This document shows, one piece after another, positions 37,477 to 48,800 of a stretch of DNA of 56,167 nucleotides. How positions within the stretch are numbered: position 1 is the first letter of the stretch; each line of letters starts with the position of its first letter. The DNA comes from a bacterium (GTDB lineage: Bacteria > Patescibacteriota > Dojkabacteria > JAKAPS01 > JAJZLI01), in the NCBI GenBank assembly GCA_021791275.1, contig JAJYWX010000028.1, positions 11,582 to 67,748 on the forward strand. The letters run 5' to 3'. The notes under the pieces are model-generated. The model saw nothing but the letters and a program-made list of their open reading frames with translations. It made no database searches and was not told the origin of the DNA. The position numbers were made by a program, and so were the translations under genes.

Positions 37477-37839
37477 TTATATGCTATTTAGTATGAGGTA
37501 TAAAACTATTGCAGTAATAGGTATTACTATAATCATTAATAAATCCAAGTTACCAAAAGCCCTAAGAAGTATTATAGATGTTATAGTAATCGATGGGATG
37601 AATCCTATCTTTACTATATCCAAAAAATCAACTTTCTTTTTAATTAAAAAAGTTAAGAATAATAGAAAAAATAGAAGTATTAAAAAAATTTCAAAACTGA
37701 CTATATAAATATTATTATAATTTATAGATCCTTGTGAATTTTTTAGAGGAAGTATATATTGGGTTGATATAAAAAATATTATTATAAATAAGATTGTAAG
37801 AAAAAAAAGTTTTTTTGTGGGGCTTTTCTTTTTACTCAT
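37477..37839 (-). CDS. small polytopic membrane protein
   Basis: A 120-aa ORF with 3-4 hydrophobic segments. Confidence 0.5.
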   Translation of the reverse strand: MSKKKSPTKKLFFLTILFIIIFFISTQYILPLKNSQGSINYNNIYIVSFEIFLILLFFLLFLTFLIKKKVDFLDIVKIGFIPSITITSIILLRAFGNLDLLMIIVIPITAIVLYLILNSI

Positions 37840-37842
37840 AAA

Positions 37843-39249
37843 TTATAAATTTTTTGTTACATCAATTAGGAAATTTTTCAAATCTTTTCTTCCCAATATC
37901 ATATCATATTTTAAATGATCCCTTTCAGCAATACTTGTTGTTGTAATAATTTCGATTTCCTCTTCAACAAAAGTTAATTTAATATTCACTAATGGTCTTA
38001 GAGATATACCATTAGATGATTTTAATACAATATATTTTCTATCTGGGTTTTCTTTTTCTAATTTTTCCTTAATTCTGTAATAAGAGTTTATGTCTATATT
38101 TTTAGGGATATTAGCTTTTTGGAATTCTTCAATTATGTCAGAGTACCCAACTTTTCCTGCGATTTCATAAGATATAGCATTAGAATAAGCTCCGGTATCT
38201 ACCTTTGCTATTATATTTTCCTTGTCATTAAGCCTTACTTTTGTATTTCTTCCAAGGACTATTTTTCCCGTAATTTCACTTATCTCTTCCTCAATTTCTC
38301 CTCCAAATATTTGTTTTGCTATATTTATATTTGATTTTATATTATTAACTTTTAATTTTGATATAGATTCAAGCCTTTCTTTTAAACCATCTTTATTGGC
38401 AATCTGTATTGACAGTCCAGGTCTTGCGTTAACTTCCATTACTAGTGGACCTTTTTCCTTATCTATTGATATATCTACTCCAGTAAATGATGCCTTTATC
38501 GCTATGCTAGATTTTATTGCCATTTCAAGTATTTTATCCCAGTAAGGTATTTTAATCCCTGTTAATTTTTCTTCTGTATCTGGGTGATTTTCGATATATT
38601 CATCTTTCATGATAGCGTTTGTAGTTGTCCCATTTGCTATATCTATTCCAACTCCAATTCCTCCTGAATGAAGATTAGCCTTTCCTTTAGACTCTATAGT
38701 AGGTATTCTTAGCTCTGCCATAATTGGAAAGTTTTTATATATTATAACCCGTATGTCTGGAAGTCCTTCTGAGATATGTAAACTTTGTTTAAAAAAGTCT
38801 GGATTTTTTATTCTTTCTTCAAGAATAACCTTATCATTCTTTTTATTGATTGAATAATATCCATTTAGTATATTAACCATATGTATTTTAAGCTCACTTA
38901 AGTTTATGATTTGTTTATTTGCAGATATCCAGGCATCTTCGTCTTCCAAATTTCTTTTCTTTTTTCTTCCATAAAGTATTATTATTCCTTCTCCCCCTAA
39001 GCCCTTATTAGGCTTTATAACAAAACTATTAGGTAATGAAGAAAAATCGAAAGAGTTAATCTCTTCAAAACTTTTTATAATAGAAATAGTTTCTGGAGTA
39101 GGTATGAGATTTTCTTTTAAAATTTCCTTTACCCTTATTTTTGAATTTGATATTGATATACTCTTTCTATCTGTATATAGAAGATTCCTTGCATTAATTC
39201 CTAATACACTTTTTGAGAGTTTTTTATATTCTTTGAGCTGCTTTATCAT
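37843..39249 (-). CDS. ATP-grasp ligase (alpha-L-glutamate-ligase-like / RimK-related) fused to a C-terminal retropepsin-like (RimB/DUF785-type) domain
   Basis: The N-terminal LGINARNLLY signature and the ATP-grasp core (VIKPNKGLGGEGI..., MEVNARPGL). The C-terminal part carries AKVDTGAYSNAIS (a D-T-G motif) and ...MILGRKDL. Confidence 0.7.
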   Translation of the reverse strand: MIKQLKEYKKLSKSVLGINARNLLYTDRKSISISNSKIRVKEILKENLIPTPETISIIKSFEEINSFDFSSLPNSFVIKPNKGLGGEGIIILYGRKKKRNLEDEDAWISANKQIINLSELKIHMVNILNGYYSINKKNDKVILEERIKNPDFFKQSLHISEGLPDIRVIIYKNFPIMAELRIPTIESKGKANLHSGGIGVGIDIANGTTTNAIMKDEYIENHPDTEEKLTGIKIPYWDKILEMAIKSSIAIKASFTGVDISIDKEKGPLVMEVNARPGLSIQIANKDGLKERLESISKLKVNNIKSNINIAKQIFGGEIEEEISEITGKIVLGRNTKVRLNDKENIIAKVDTGAYSNAISYEIAGKVGYSDIIEEFQKANIPKNIDINSYYRIKEKLEKENPDRKYIVLKSSNGISLRPLVNIKLTFVEEEIEIITTTSIAERDHLKYDMILGRKDLKNFLIDVTKNL

Positions 39250-39881
39250 TCCTTGTTAACATTTCTGAATCTATAAAATTCTCTTACCCTTAAAGATGAA
39301 AATCTACCTATGTATATATCAGCAATAATTGCTATTATAGATATATAGGGATATTTAAGAAGAATCATTTTTGAAAAATCGTTAGCGATAATAAGATAGG
39401 ATATCACAGTGAGTATTATTGTCTCTATGTATATTATATTACCCCTTCTCTCTCCTTTATTAATCTTTGTAAATGATAGTGAATCTGCAAGAAGAATAAG
39501 GACAAGTACTGAGTATATAGAGATTTTTGTATTAATACCCAAAAAAGAATGTGCAAGATAAAGTGAGAGTATTATAGAAAGAGATGCTATCGATATAACT
39601 ACGGCAATTTTTGCAGTGTAGTGAAGTTTTAAATCTTTTATAAAATATTTTATTATATAATCAAAGAATAATATAAAAAAAGTTATTATAAGGCCTAAAA
39701 CAAGTCCTGTTGATATAAATGCAAGAACAGATAGGGTCGTTATAAAAAGATTAAATGATTGTACCCCTATGACTTCCTTTGAGAATAATACTATAGTTGC
39801 AACTATGGGTATTGCCAAAAGTAGGTATAAAAAGTTAGAACTTATACCTGTACTCATTAAAAATATAGTAATTTCGTTCAT
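39246..39881 (-). CDS. 7-TM membrane protein (7TM_transglut-like partner of the ATP-grasp gene)
   Basis: A 211-aa protein with about 7 hydrophobic helices. It overlaps the ATP-grasp gene by 4 nt. Confidence 0.55.
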   Translation of the reverse strand: MNEITIFLMSTGISSNFLYLLLAIPIVATIVLFSKEVIGVQSFNLFITTLSVLAFISTGLVLGLIITFFILFFDYIIKYFIKDLKLHYTAKIAVVISIASLSIILSLYLAHSFLGINTKISIYSVLVLILLADSLSFTKINKGERRGNIIYIETIILTVISYLIIANDFSKMILLKYPYISIIAIIADIYIGRFSSLRVREFYRFRNVNKE

Positions 39882-39993
39882 AATATAGGCTTAATAAAAT
39901 AACAGAACCTGTTTTATCATAAATTTTCTAATTTGTCTATGTCTAATTATTTATTTAATGGGATAAAAATACAATACCGTTTTTGATATAAGG

Positions 39994-41121
39994 TCAGTTT
40001 GTTTCTCTGTAATCAGTTAATAGCCTTTCTACTTCTTTGTTCTTAAGTTTTTTTAATGCTTTACTTTCAATTTGTCTTATTCTTTCTCTTGTAACTTTAA
40101 ATTCTCTTCCAACCTCTTCAAGTGTTCTTGCAACTCCATCTTGAAGTCCGAATCTTAGCTCAATTACCTTTCTTTCCCTATCAGAGAGGGTAGATAAAAC
40201 TTCCTGTATTTGTTTGCTTAAATAATCTCTATTTGCTATATCTTCAGGTTGTGGAGTATTCTCATCTGCTATGAAGTCTGCAATAGTATTTGCATTACTT
40301 CCATCATCACCAACTGGAGTAGAAAGTGAGGTTGGATATTGAGATATTTTTAGAATTTCCTGAACCTGTTCAACTGTTTTTCCCATAGCTTTGGCAATTT
40401 CTTCTGGCCTAGGGTTTCTTTGTAGTTCAATTGCTAGCTTTCCCCTTATTTTCTGCATTTGATGAATAGTTTCAATCATATGTACAGGGATTCTTATTGT
40501 CCTCTCTTGATCCGCTATAGCTCTAGTTATAGCTTGTCTTATCCACCATGTTGCATAAGTTGAAAATTTATATCCCTTTTTGTAGTCAAATTTATCAACA
40601 GCTCTCATAAGACCCAAGTTACCCTCTTGTATTAAATCAAGTAGATCCAAGCTTCCTTTTCTTACCCATTTCTTTGCTATAGATACAACTAATCTTAGAT
40701 TAGATGTAGTAAGATATTCTTTGGCTTTTTTATCTCCTTTTTTTATTCTTTTTGCAAGAATAACCTCTTCCTCCCCAGTAAGAAGTGGGATTCTTCCGAT
40801 TTCTTGTAAATATGCCCTTATAGGATCAGAATCTATATTTGCCTGTATAGTACGCAAAACTTTAATCTTATCTTCAAGGCTCATAACTTCTTTTTTAGGC
40901 TGTTTTTTAGCACTATTAACTTGATCCTTAGGTCTCTCTTCCTCATATATAAGATCTATATGCTCTTTCTCAAGCTCTATAAAAAGATTGTCTATAGTAT
41001 CTACATCATTTTCTATAAAAGGAAAAGTATTAAGTATATCTTCTTCAACTAGAAAACCTCTTTCTTTTCCCTTCTGAATTAAATTTTGGAGTGCAATATC
41101 TTTTGGATTTTTATCTTTCAT
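39994..41121 (-). CDS. rpoD: primary RNA polymerase sigma factor (sigma-70)
   Basis: Region 2 is [40 protein letters not shown] and region 4 is [24 protein letters not shown]. Confidence 0.95.
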   Translation of the reverse strand: MKDKNPKDIALQNLIQKGKERGFLVEEDILNTFPFIENDVDTIDNLFIELEKEHIDLIYEEERPKDQVNSAKKQPKKEVMSLEDKIKVLRTIQANIDSDPIRAYLQEIGRIPLLTGEEEVILAKRIKKGDKKAKEYLTTSNLRLVVSIAKKWVRKGSLDLLDLIQEGNLGLMRAVDKFDYKKGYKFSTYATWWIRQAITRAIADQERTIRIPVHMIETIHQMQKIRGKLAIELQRNPRPEEIAKAMGKTVEQVQEILKISQYPTSLSTPVGDDGSNANTIADFIADENTPQPEDIANRDYLSKQIQEVLSTLSDRERKVIELRFGLQDGVARTLEEVGREFKVTRERIRQIESKALKKLKNKEVERLLTDYRETN

Positions 41122-41195
41122 AAGGCATTTATATATATCTTAATTATAACATAATAATTGTAATATTTAAAAAAACCGGTGTATAATAATTTTGT

Positions 41196-42098
41196 ATGGA
41201 TGAAAGTCAAGAAATAAAAATTTTTTCTATATATTCAGCAATAGTTGAGTCAATATCTTTGTTTTTTAAAAGTGTCAATGCTTTCTATTTAGGTTTGATA
41301 TCAATAATTTTTGGAAGTATTTTTTTTGCAATAAATTATTTTAGAATTAGTAGCAGTTATTTAAATGGACTGAGTAATATGAACTCCAAAATCTCAAAAC
41401 ATTTATCATTGCAGATAAATTCTTTTGTATCTCATAATTTAAATGTTATTATTCTGGTAATAATCGTTGCTATAGTTTATTTATTAGTATCGATTTATTT
41501 TACATCCATATCATCTGCAGGTCTTATAAATTATGTAATAAAGGGTGATATGCATGAGAATTTTAATGATTCTTGGAGATATGGAAAATCAACCTGGGTA
41601 GATTATTTTGTATTTCTTATTTTATATTATTTAATTTATGTAATATCATTCTTCATTTTACTTCTTTTGATATCATTTTTAACTATTATTGTTCCACCTT
41701 TAGGTCTTATTCTGCTTGTACTTTTGATACTGTCAATTTTTGTAGCAGTTCCTCTAAGTTCCATTGGGGTAAGGTTAGTGATAGATAGAAAAACTGATAT
41801 CGTAGAGGCTATAAAAAATACATATATATCATTTTGGAAAAATATTGGTTTTTATCTTAAGGTTATTCTTTTTTACTTATTAGTACTTATCCTTTTGTCT
41901 TTAATCTTTTCTTATGGGATAGAATTTTTAATAATAATTGTTACGCAGTCATTATTTAGAAGCAATATATATTTAGGTATAACTTCAGGGGTTATAGGTA
42001 TATTTATAGTTATCTATATATCAGCATTCATTAATGTTTTTTCATCTGCGTTTTGGAGTAAGGTTTATGTTTATCTTAGAGATAATAACCATCTCTGA
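41196..42098 (+). CDS. polytopic membrane protein, unknown function
   Basis: A 300-aa ORF with 6 or more hydrophobic segments. Confidence 0.55.
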   Translation: MDESQEIKIFSIYSAIVESISLFFKSVNAFYLGLISIIFGSIFFAINYFRISSSYLNGLSNMNSKISKHLSLQINSFVSHNLNVIILVIIVAIVYLLVSIYFTSISSAGLINYVIKGDMHENFNDSWRYGKSTWVDYFVFLILYYLIYVISFFILLLLISFLTIIVPPLGLILLVLLILSIFVAVPLSSIGVRLVIDRKTDIVEAIKNTYISFWKNIGFYLKVILFYLLVLILLSLIFSYGIEFLIIIVTQSLFRSNIYLGITSGVIGIFIVIYISAFINVFSSAFWSKVYVYLRDNNHL

Positions 42099-42894
42099 TA
42101 GATTTAAATATAAATAACTGTGCCCACCCAGAAAAATTTTCAAAATTCTTTTTTATTTGAATTTTCTCTTCTTTTCTTTTAACTCTTTTTTTAAGATATC
42201 TTTTAATCCAAACATCTTCAGGAAATGCATCATGAAATCCTAGTGAATAAAGTAATATACAATCAGAAACTTTATCTCCTATACCAGGAAAAGATAAAAG
42301 AGTATTTTTAGCATCAGTATATTCTTTAGCTTTTAATTGATAAAGATCTAAATTATCTGAAATTAACTTTTGTGCACTTTTTTTTATATACTCTGACCTG
42401 TAACCTAATTTTGCATCTTTTAAAATTTGATTATCTGCATCTTTCAATTTTTCTTTTGTTGGAAATGTATAAAAATCATCTGTAATTTTTTCTCCAAGTT
42501 TTTGAGATAAAATATCTCTTGAGAGTTGTACTTTTTTTATTGAGTTAAAACTAGATATTATATATGAAAAAAAACACTCATATGGTTCCTGATTAACTAT
42601 CCTTAGACCTTTATATTTTTCTACAACAGGTTCGATCTCTTTATTTTTTAAAAGAATAGATATAATATTTTCGTAATCAATATTAAGATTAAAAAAATGT
42701 ATTATCTTTTCCTCATCAATTTTAGGTGTGGATTCTATAATTAAGAAATTATTTCTTTGCTCTATTTGAATAAAGTGTTTTTCTAAAACCCCTATATATT
42801 TATATTCTCTTTCTCTTTTAAAATTAAAGCACTGTCCTGAGGAGAGTGTATATTCTAAATCAAAATCTTTTACAAGAATTTTTAAAGTACTCAT
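42076..42894 (-). CDS. ogg: 8-oxoguanine DNA glycosylase/lyase (HhH-GPD superfamily, OGG-type)
   Basis: HhH-GPD region LLSFPGIGDKVSDCILLYSLGFHDAFPEDVWIKR, with an OGG-like N-domain. Confidence 0.75.
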   Translation of the reverse strand: MSTLKILVKDFDLEYTLSSGQCFNFKREREYKYIGVLEKHFIQIEQRNNFLIIESTPKIDEEKIIHFFNLNIDYENIISILLKNKEIEPVVEKYKGLRIVNQEPYECFFSYIISSFNSIKKVQLSRDILSQKLGEKITDDFYTFPTKEKLKDADNQILKDAKLGYRSEYIKKSAQKLISDNLDLYQLKAKEYTDAKNTLLSFPGIGDKVSDCILLYSLGFHDAFPEDVWIKRYLKKRVKRKEEKIQIKKNFENFSGWAQLFIFKSIRDGYYL

Positions 42895-43784
42895 ATCAAT
42901 GAGGCGCCCTTTATATCTGATAAATTATCATATGTAATTTTTAATCTTCCTTTATATTTTTTATATATATTTTTTTCTACCATATTTTGATATTCTTTCT
43001 CTTTACATATAAAAGATCCCTGAAACATTAAGGATGCGCTTTTATATTCATCTATATATGAGAGTATCGATTGGGCGAAAAGAGAAGAAGATAATTTTAG
43101 CATTTCTGAGTATGGGATTTCATATCTTATTGCCAGATCTTTAATTGAATTTTGAGCAATCAATCTTTCAAATGTAAGATTTTCATTTTGAAATATTTTT
43201 GGTAGTAGAAATTTAGGTAATTTATCATTTCCAAATTCCGAATTAAAAACTTTACTATCTTTAGTGTAAGATAAATTTACCCCAGTTCCTGATAAAGCAC
43301 TAATGTGTATGTCAAAATTTTTATTCTTATATATGTTATATAAATTTACTGAAACTGAGTCATTTAAAACATTAAATTTGCCAATTTTTGAAGATAAAAG
43401 AAAGGTCTCTTTTTTAAAAGGAAGCTTTTTTGTAACTTTTGAATATGAAGAAAATTTAGCGTCTGTGAAATTTTCTTTTTTTATTGGAGTAAATGGATAT
43501 GAAAATATTATTACAGTATTTTTATTTTGGAAATTTTTACTTTCATATATATTTTTTATATTTTTAAAAAATAACTCGGGATTTTCAAAATCTATATTTT
43601 CTTTGTATTGTTTTTCAATATCGAAATTTTTAAGAAGAGTAAAATATATATGAGATCCCCCAATTCCTATTATCGATGAGGATTTTTTTATTGATAGCTC
43701 AGTTGTATTTATAAGGGAGTCATATCCTTTATTTAAGATAAATCTTTTTATTATCTGAGTTTTATCTTCATAATTTAGATTCAT
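42891..43784 (-). CDS. hypothetical protein (297 aa)
   Basis: Complete ORF overlapping its neighbours by 4 and 17 nt. A weak IGIGGSHIY motif could indicate an ASKHA-type kinase fold, but this is not secure. Confidence 0.45.
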   Translation of the reverse strand: MNLNYEDKTQIIKRFILNKGYDSLINTTELSIKKSSSIIGIGGSHIYFTLLKNFDIEKQYKENIDFENPELFFKNIKNIYESKNFQNKNTVIIFSYPFTPIKKENFTDAKFSSYSKVTKKLPFKKETFLLSSKIGKFNVLNDSVSVNLYNIYKNKNFDIHISALSGTGVNLSYTKDSKVFNSEFGNDKLPKFLLPKIFQNENLTFERLIAQNSIKDLAIRYEIPYSEMLKLSSSLFAQSILSYIDEYKSASLMFQGSFICKEKEYQNMVEKNIYKKYKGRLKITYDNLSDIKGASLI

Positions 43785-44625
43785 ACTTTTTTTTGACTTC
43801 TCTAGAAAAGTGTACTAATGATCCCATACCTATAACAAGTACAGTAACAGTTACCATGACAAATCCAATACCAAGATGGTGTAAATTACCAACATCTATT
43901 CCTGTATTAATTGACAATGATGCAATTTTAGGTAGAGCAAGGGTAAATATTCCACCTGCAATAAATATAGCTCCTCCATATGTAAGTGTTGTACCTGCTA
44001 TTTTTGATGCAATTTTTATTCCTTCACTTTCTGGTATTTTCATCTTTCTAATCCAGCGGCCAAAAAATCCTCCAAAAATTATTTGTATAAGCATGGTACC
44101 TATTCCAAAAAGAAATCCAGGAAGGAATGCTACATATGCATTTGGCATTCTGGGAGTTATTATTGTATAAAGTATTAGGGCAAACGATCCAAATCCCCAG
44201 CCTGCAATAAACCCATGTACAAGTGCCATTGAAGGTTTTATCTCTTTTACATCCTCTTTCATATCATGGGTATGTTTCTTTCCTATCCATTTTGAGGGGA
44301 AAAGATCTAGATGCAAAATTTTTCTTGTTCCCATTACATACACACCTGCAATAAACATAACTAGACCAACTATAAGGTAGACATATCCATTTATTGAGAA
44401 AAAATCTTTTACTCTTATTAAGGCCAGATAAACTATTTCAGAAGCTAAAGCTCTCTGAATAGTAAATGCCAGGGTAAATAAAAAAGCTACAAATATACCC
44501 TTCTTTGTTGAAAATGATCCAATCGCATAGCTAAATGTAATTGGCCAAGTATGCTCATCTGGAGTTATTCCATGTATCATTCCCAGCATCAGAGAGTATA
44601 AGAGTAATAAAAAAAATCCAGCCAT
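43768..44625 (-). CDS. polytopic membrane protein, possible metal transporter
   Basis: A 285-aa protein with about 7 TM helices and an N-terminal HGITPDEHTWP motif rich in potential metal ligands. The family was not recognised with certainty. Confidence 0.5.
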   Translation of the reverse strand: MAGFFLLLLYSLMLGMIHGITPDEHTWPITFSYAIGSFSTKKGIFVAFLFTLAFTIQRALASEIVYLALIRVKDFFSINGYVYLIVGLVMFIAGVYVMGTRKILHLDLFPSKWIGKKHTHDMKEDVKEIKPSMALVHGFIAGWGFGSFALILYTIITPRMPNAYVAFLPGFLFGIGTMLIQIIFGGFFGRWIRKMKIPESEGIKIASKIAGTTLTYGGAIFIAGGIFTLALPKIASLSINTGIDVGNLHHLGIGFVMVTVTVLVIGMGSLVHFSREVKKKYESKL

Positions 44626-44681
44626 AATGTAGTTTTTATAACGTATAAATTATATAATCAATTTATTATAACATAATAAAA

Positions 44682-45323
44682 ATGTATCAATTTGAAGAGG
44701 AAATAGTAGAAACAGATAATAGTAAAATTCCTAAATTTTATTCTAAAGGTTTTCTTCTAACAAGAAAAGGTGTTGGAGTAATGCAAAAAGTTAGAAGTCT
44801 AAGGGTAGATTTGAGTCAATTTTCTCTCACCAGTGAAAACAGAAGGGTATTGAGAAAAAATGAAGATGTATCGTTCTCAATTTATAATCTACCGCTAGAT
44901 GATTATAATTGGAAGATACACAAAATGGGGGCTGATTTTTATAGACAAAGGTTTGGAGATAAAGTTATGAGTGCGAATAAAATAAAAGATATGGTGAAGG
45001 AGAAAAAAACATCTTTTAACAAATTGATGGTATTTTCTAAAAAATCTCAAGATCTTGGTTATGCTATTTGTTTTGAGTATGGGGAAATTTTACATTACGC
45101 TTATCCTTTCTATGATCTTTCCTATACGTCTAAGACTTTAGGCATCTTTATGATGACAAGGGCTATTATCTATGCTCAAGATGAATCTCTTAAGTATGTA
45201 TATCTAGGTTCTGTAAATAGCAAGGAGGCTTTGTATAAGCTGCAATTTAGGGGTCTATCTTTTTTTGAAAAAGATTCTTGGAAAAGTGATTTAGAAGATT
45301 TAAAGAGGATGTTGAGAGATTGA
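44682..45323 (+). CDS. aminoacyl-tRNA-protein transferase, ATE/Bpt-like
   Basis: FSLTSENRRVLRKN and C-terminal VYLGS...ALYKLQFRGLSFFE resemble the ATE_C/Bpt family pattern (RR..L+.N, YLGY..., YK..F.P.E). Confidence 0.5.
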   Translation: MYQFEEEIVETDNSKIPKFYSKGFLLTRKGVGVMQKVRSLRVDLSQFSLTSENRRVLRKNEDVSFSIYNLPLDDYNWKIHKMGADFYRQRFGDKVMSANKIKDMVKEKKTSFNKLMVFSKKSQDLGYAICFEYGEILHYAYPFYDLSYTSKTLGIFMMTRAIIYAQDESLKYVYLGSVNSKEALYKLQFRGLSFFEKDSWKSDLEDLKRMLRD

Positions 45324-45745
45324 ATAGTTTAGTGTATAATATGGCAAATATGAAAAGTATGAGCGTTTATAAAAAATTTTGGGTATTTGCAATAGGAATT
45401 TTGCTTATAGCTATAGGTCTTTCTTCTGGTATTATTGTATTTGAGGTAATTATAAGTTTAATAGGTCTTTATTTTGTAATAGCTTCAATTATGGGTTCTT
45501 TTAGTTTTCTAAATGTACTATTTTCTCAAAAAGAAAAAGTAGCCGTAAAAAGTGAGAATCTGGATAGTGATGTGAAAAAAGTTACAGGAGAAGTGAAAAC
45601 AAGGGAGACAAAAAAAACTGTAGCAAAAAAATCTAAATCTACAGTTTCAAAATCTAAGAGTGTGGGCTCAAAGAGTACAAAAGTTTCAAAAAAAGCTCCT
45701 GCAAATTCAAGTAAAAAATCTGATAAAAAGACTTCAAAAAAATAA
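45320..45745 (+). CDS. small membrane protein with a lysine/serine-rich C-terminal tail
   Basis: Two TM helices followed by ...KKVTGEVKTRETKKTVAKKSKSTVSKSKSVGSKSTKVSKKAPANSSKKSDKKTSKK. Confidence 0.5.
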   Translation: MNSLVYNMANMKSMSVYKKFWVFAIGILLIAIGLSSGIIVFEVIISLIGLYFVIASIMGSFSFLNVLFSQKEKVAVKSENLDSDVKKVTGEVKTRETKKTVAKKSKSTVSKSKSVGSKSTKVSKKAPANSSKKSDKKTSKK

Positions 45746-45800
45746 TCCAAAATATTAAAAAATTTTCTTATATTTTCAATTAAAAATTCAATATTTTCAT

Positions 45801-45829
45801 TTGACAAAAGATTAAATATTATCTATATT
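45801..45829 (+). promoter_or_regulatory. candidate sigma-70 promoter of the giant gene
   Basis: A perfect TTGACA (45801-45806), a 17-nt spacer, then TATATT (45824-45829). The ATG at 45843 would leave only a very short 5' UTR. Confidence 0.45.
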
Positions 45830-45842
45830 TATAGGTAATATT

Positions 45843-48800
45843 ATGCATAATTTAAGAAGGTTTTTATCAATCTTAGCTTTTAGTGCTTTATCTCTTTTTT
45901 TGTTTTCTTTTGGGGGAAAGATTTATGCCGCCCCTGCTTCACTTTTGAATTATCAAGGAAGACTTGAAAATGCTCAAGGGGATCTTTTGACTGGAAATTA
46001 CTATATAGCTTTTTGTATATATAACTCAACCACTGCGACTGCTTGTGCTCCAGGATCTACTCCAACCCCAGGAGCAATGAGTACTGCAGGGACATCTTCT
46101 GGAACATTGAATGGAGCTTTGTGGGGAGAAGTACAGTACTTTTCAAATACTAATACTCCTTCAAATGAGATATCAAATGGAGTTTTCAATGCTCAATTAG
46201 GAGAGTACTCTCCAATAACAGGATCTTTATTTCAAGGCAGTAGTAACTACTATATCGGATTTAATGTTTACAATGGAACTGGCTGGGATGGTCAGATGAC
46301 TCCACTTCAACCTATAGATCAGGTGGCCTACGCTATGAATAGTGCTCTTCTTCAGGGTTTTTCTCCTTCTCAGACACCTGGAGCTAATCAAGTGGTTGTA
46401 ACTAATGGAAGTGGTGATATAACATTGGGTGCTACTAATCCTCAAATTAATGCAACGGGTACAAATTCTTTAACTCTTAATGGAGGAGGTGGTACTGGAA
46501 ATATACAATTTTTTAATTCTTCAAATTATATAAACTCATCTGGGGATTTAAATCTGTTAGGTGGGGGTACATTTGGCGGAAATATAACTTTGACTGGAGT
46601 AAATCCTCAAGTAGATGCAACGGGAAGTAACGATTTAATCTTAAACAATGGATCTACGGGAGATGTATGTTTTAATACGTGTTCAAATTATGTTACATCT
46701 TCTGGAAATATAACTCTAGTAGGAACTGGTGTAAATAATATAAATGGAAATACTATACTTACAGAAGCGGATCTTAATATATCTGGCTTATATCAGGTAA
46801 CGGGTCTTGTAGTAGTATCAACAGCTCAGACGGGAGGAACTATTGCAGCTGGAACATATTATTATCAAGTAGTTGCACAGAATTCTTCAGGGGTATCATT
46901 CCCATCTCAAGAGATATCTGTAAGTTTACCTCCAATATCTTCTCCTACAGGATTAACAGCAACAGTAGGGACATCGGGTACAGTAGGATCAGATTTGGCA
47001 GCATCAACAACATACTATTATGAGGTAACAGCAACAACACCAAACGGAGAGACTACACCATCAGCACAGGTATCGGCAGTGGAGGGAACAACTGCATATC
47101 CCATAACACTTACATGGAGTGCAGTTGCAGGAGCAACAGGGTATAACATATATAAAGGTACTGTGTCGGGGTCGGATTACTTTTTAGCATCTGTTGGGAG
47201 TACTAGTTCTAGTTATACAGATTCGGGATCAGTAGCAACAACTAGCACAACACCACCTAGTACTAATACAGCAACGACAAATACCAATACAATTAGTCTT
47301 TCTTGGAATACTGATGTTGGGGCAACTTCTTATATTATTTATAGATCTTCAGATTCTGATTTTTCTCCGTCATACTCACAGACAACTACATCTACAACTT
47401 TTACAGATACAGGAGGAGGAGTAGTAGTTACATCTCCTGAGACTGCTTCCTCAATAGCTCAAACTGGTGGTGGGAATTTAAATTTATCTAATAATGAGAC
47501 ACTTGGGGGTGGATCTCTATCTTTGAATAATAGTTCAGGAAATATTATTAATTCAAATTCGTCATTAGGTATAGATGTTGGTAGTTCTGCTGCAAATATT
47601 GGAGATTTGCAAAGTACAACAGCTCTTCCTGGTGGAGGAACTGGGTCAGTTAAGATTGTATATAACGGATATATGTACAATATCTCAGGAAACCATGGTA
47701 ATTGTGGATCATATTGTGAAGAGGAGAATGTTTATTATGCTCAAATTCAGTCAAATGGTTCTGTTGGCACTTGGGAAAATACTACACCATATCCGATATA
47801 TGTAGAAAACCTAAGTGCAGTTGAGTATGGTGGATATATTTATGCATATGGAGGATTAATGAGTGGAGTCTCATCTACAAATGCTGTGTATTCAGCAAAA
47901 ATCAACTCTGATGGCACTTTAGGGCAATGGGTCCAACAAAACTCCCTTCCAGGATCTTTATCATCTGCTGTATATTTTGAATATAACGGATATATATATG
48001 ATATAGCTGGGTCTATAAATGGTATAGATCATAATTCTCAGGGTTATTATGCACAAATAGTTTCTGGTGGTGTATTGGGAAATTGGAAAACCCTTACAGC
48101 AAATAGTCCTGTTGATGCGAATCAAGGTTTTGAGTATAGAGGTTATGCATATGTGTCAGCCGGAACTAATGTTTATTATGGACAAATACTTAGCAATGGA
48201 GATATACAATCTTGGACAGTTACTACTTCTTTACCTTCAAATAGTTCCTCAGTTTGGCTAGGTGATTATGGGGGATATGCATATTCTTTATCTCAGAATA
48301 ATTCTCCTTCCTATTATTCACAAATACAACCTAACGGTAGCTTAGGTAGTTGGAATGAACTTTCAATAACACTTCCTTATGTTAATGGAGAATTTGGATA
48401 TCAAAACGCACTTTTTTCAAATGGATATATTTATGTGGTTGGTATTGGGGGAATAAATAATCTTTCATACGCACCTGTAGGTAATAGTAATATTAATATT
48501 GGAAATTCTCTATCTTTATCTTCAAGCGGTGATATCATATCTTCAGGCAATGGTAGTTTTTCAGGCGGGTCTTTAAATCTTTCTAATACATCTTCAAATA
48601 ATATAAATTCTAGCTCACCTTTAAATATATCAACATATAATACCAATCCTTCTCTGCAAAGTTGGAATCCTACGAGTTTACTACCTGCAGCAGTAAGTGG
48701 AGGAGGGAGTGTAGAGTATGGAGGATATGTATATGATATAGGAGGAGAGACAGGAAGATCAGCAGTATCAAGTGTGTATTATGCCCAGATACAAAGTGGA

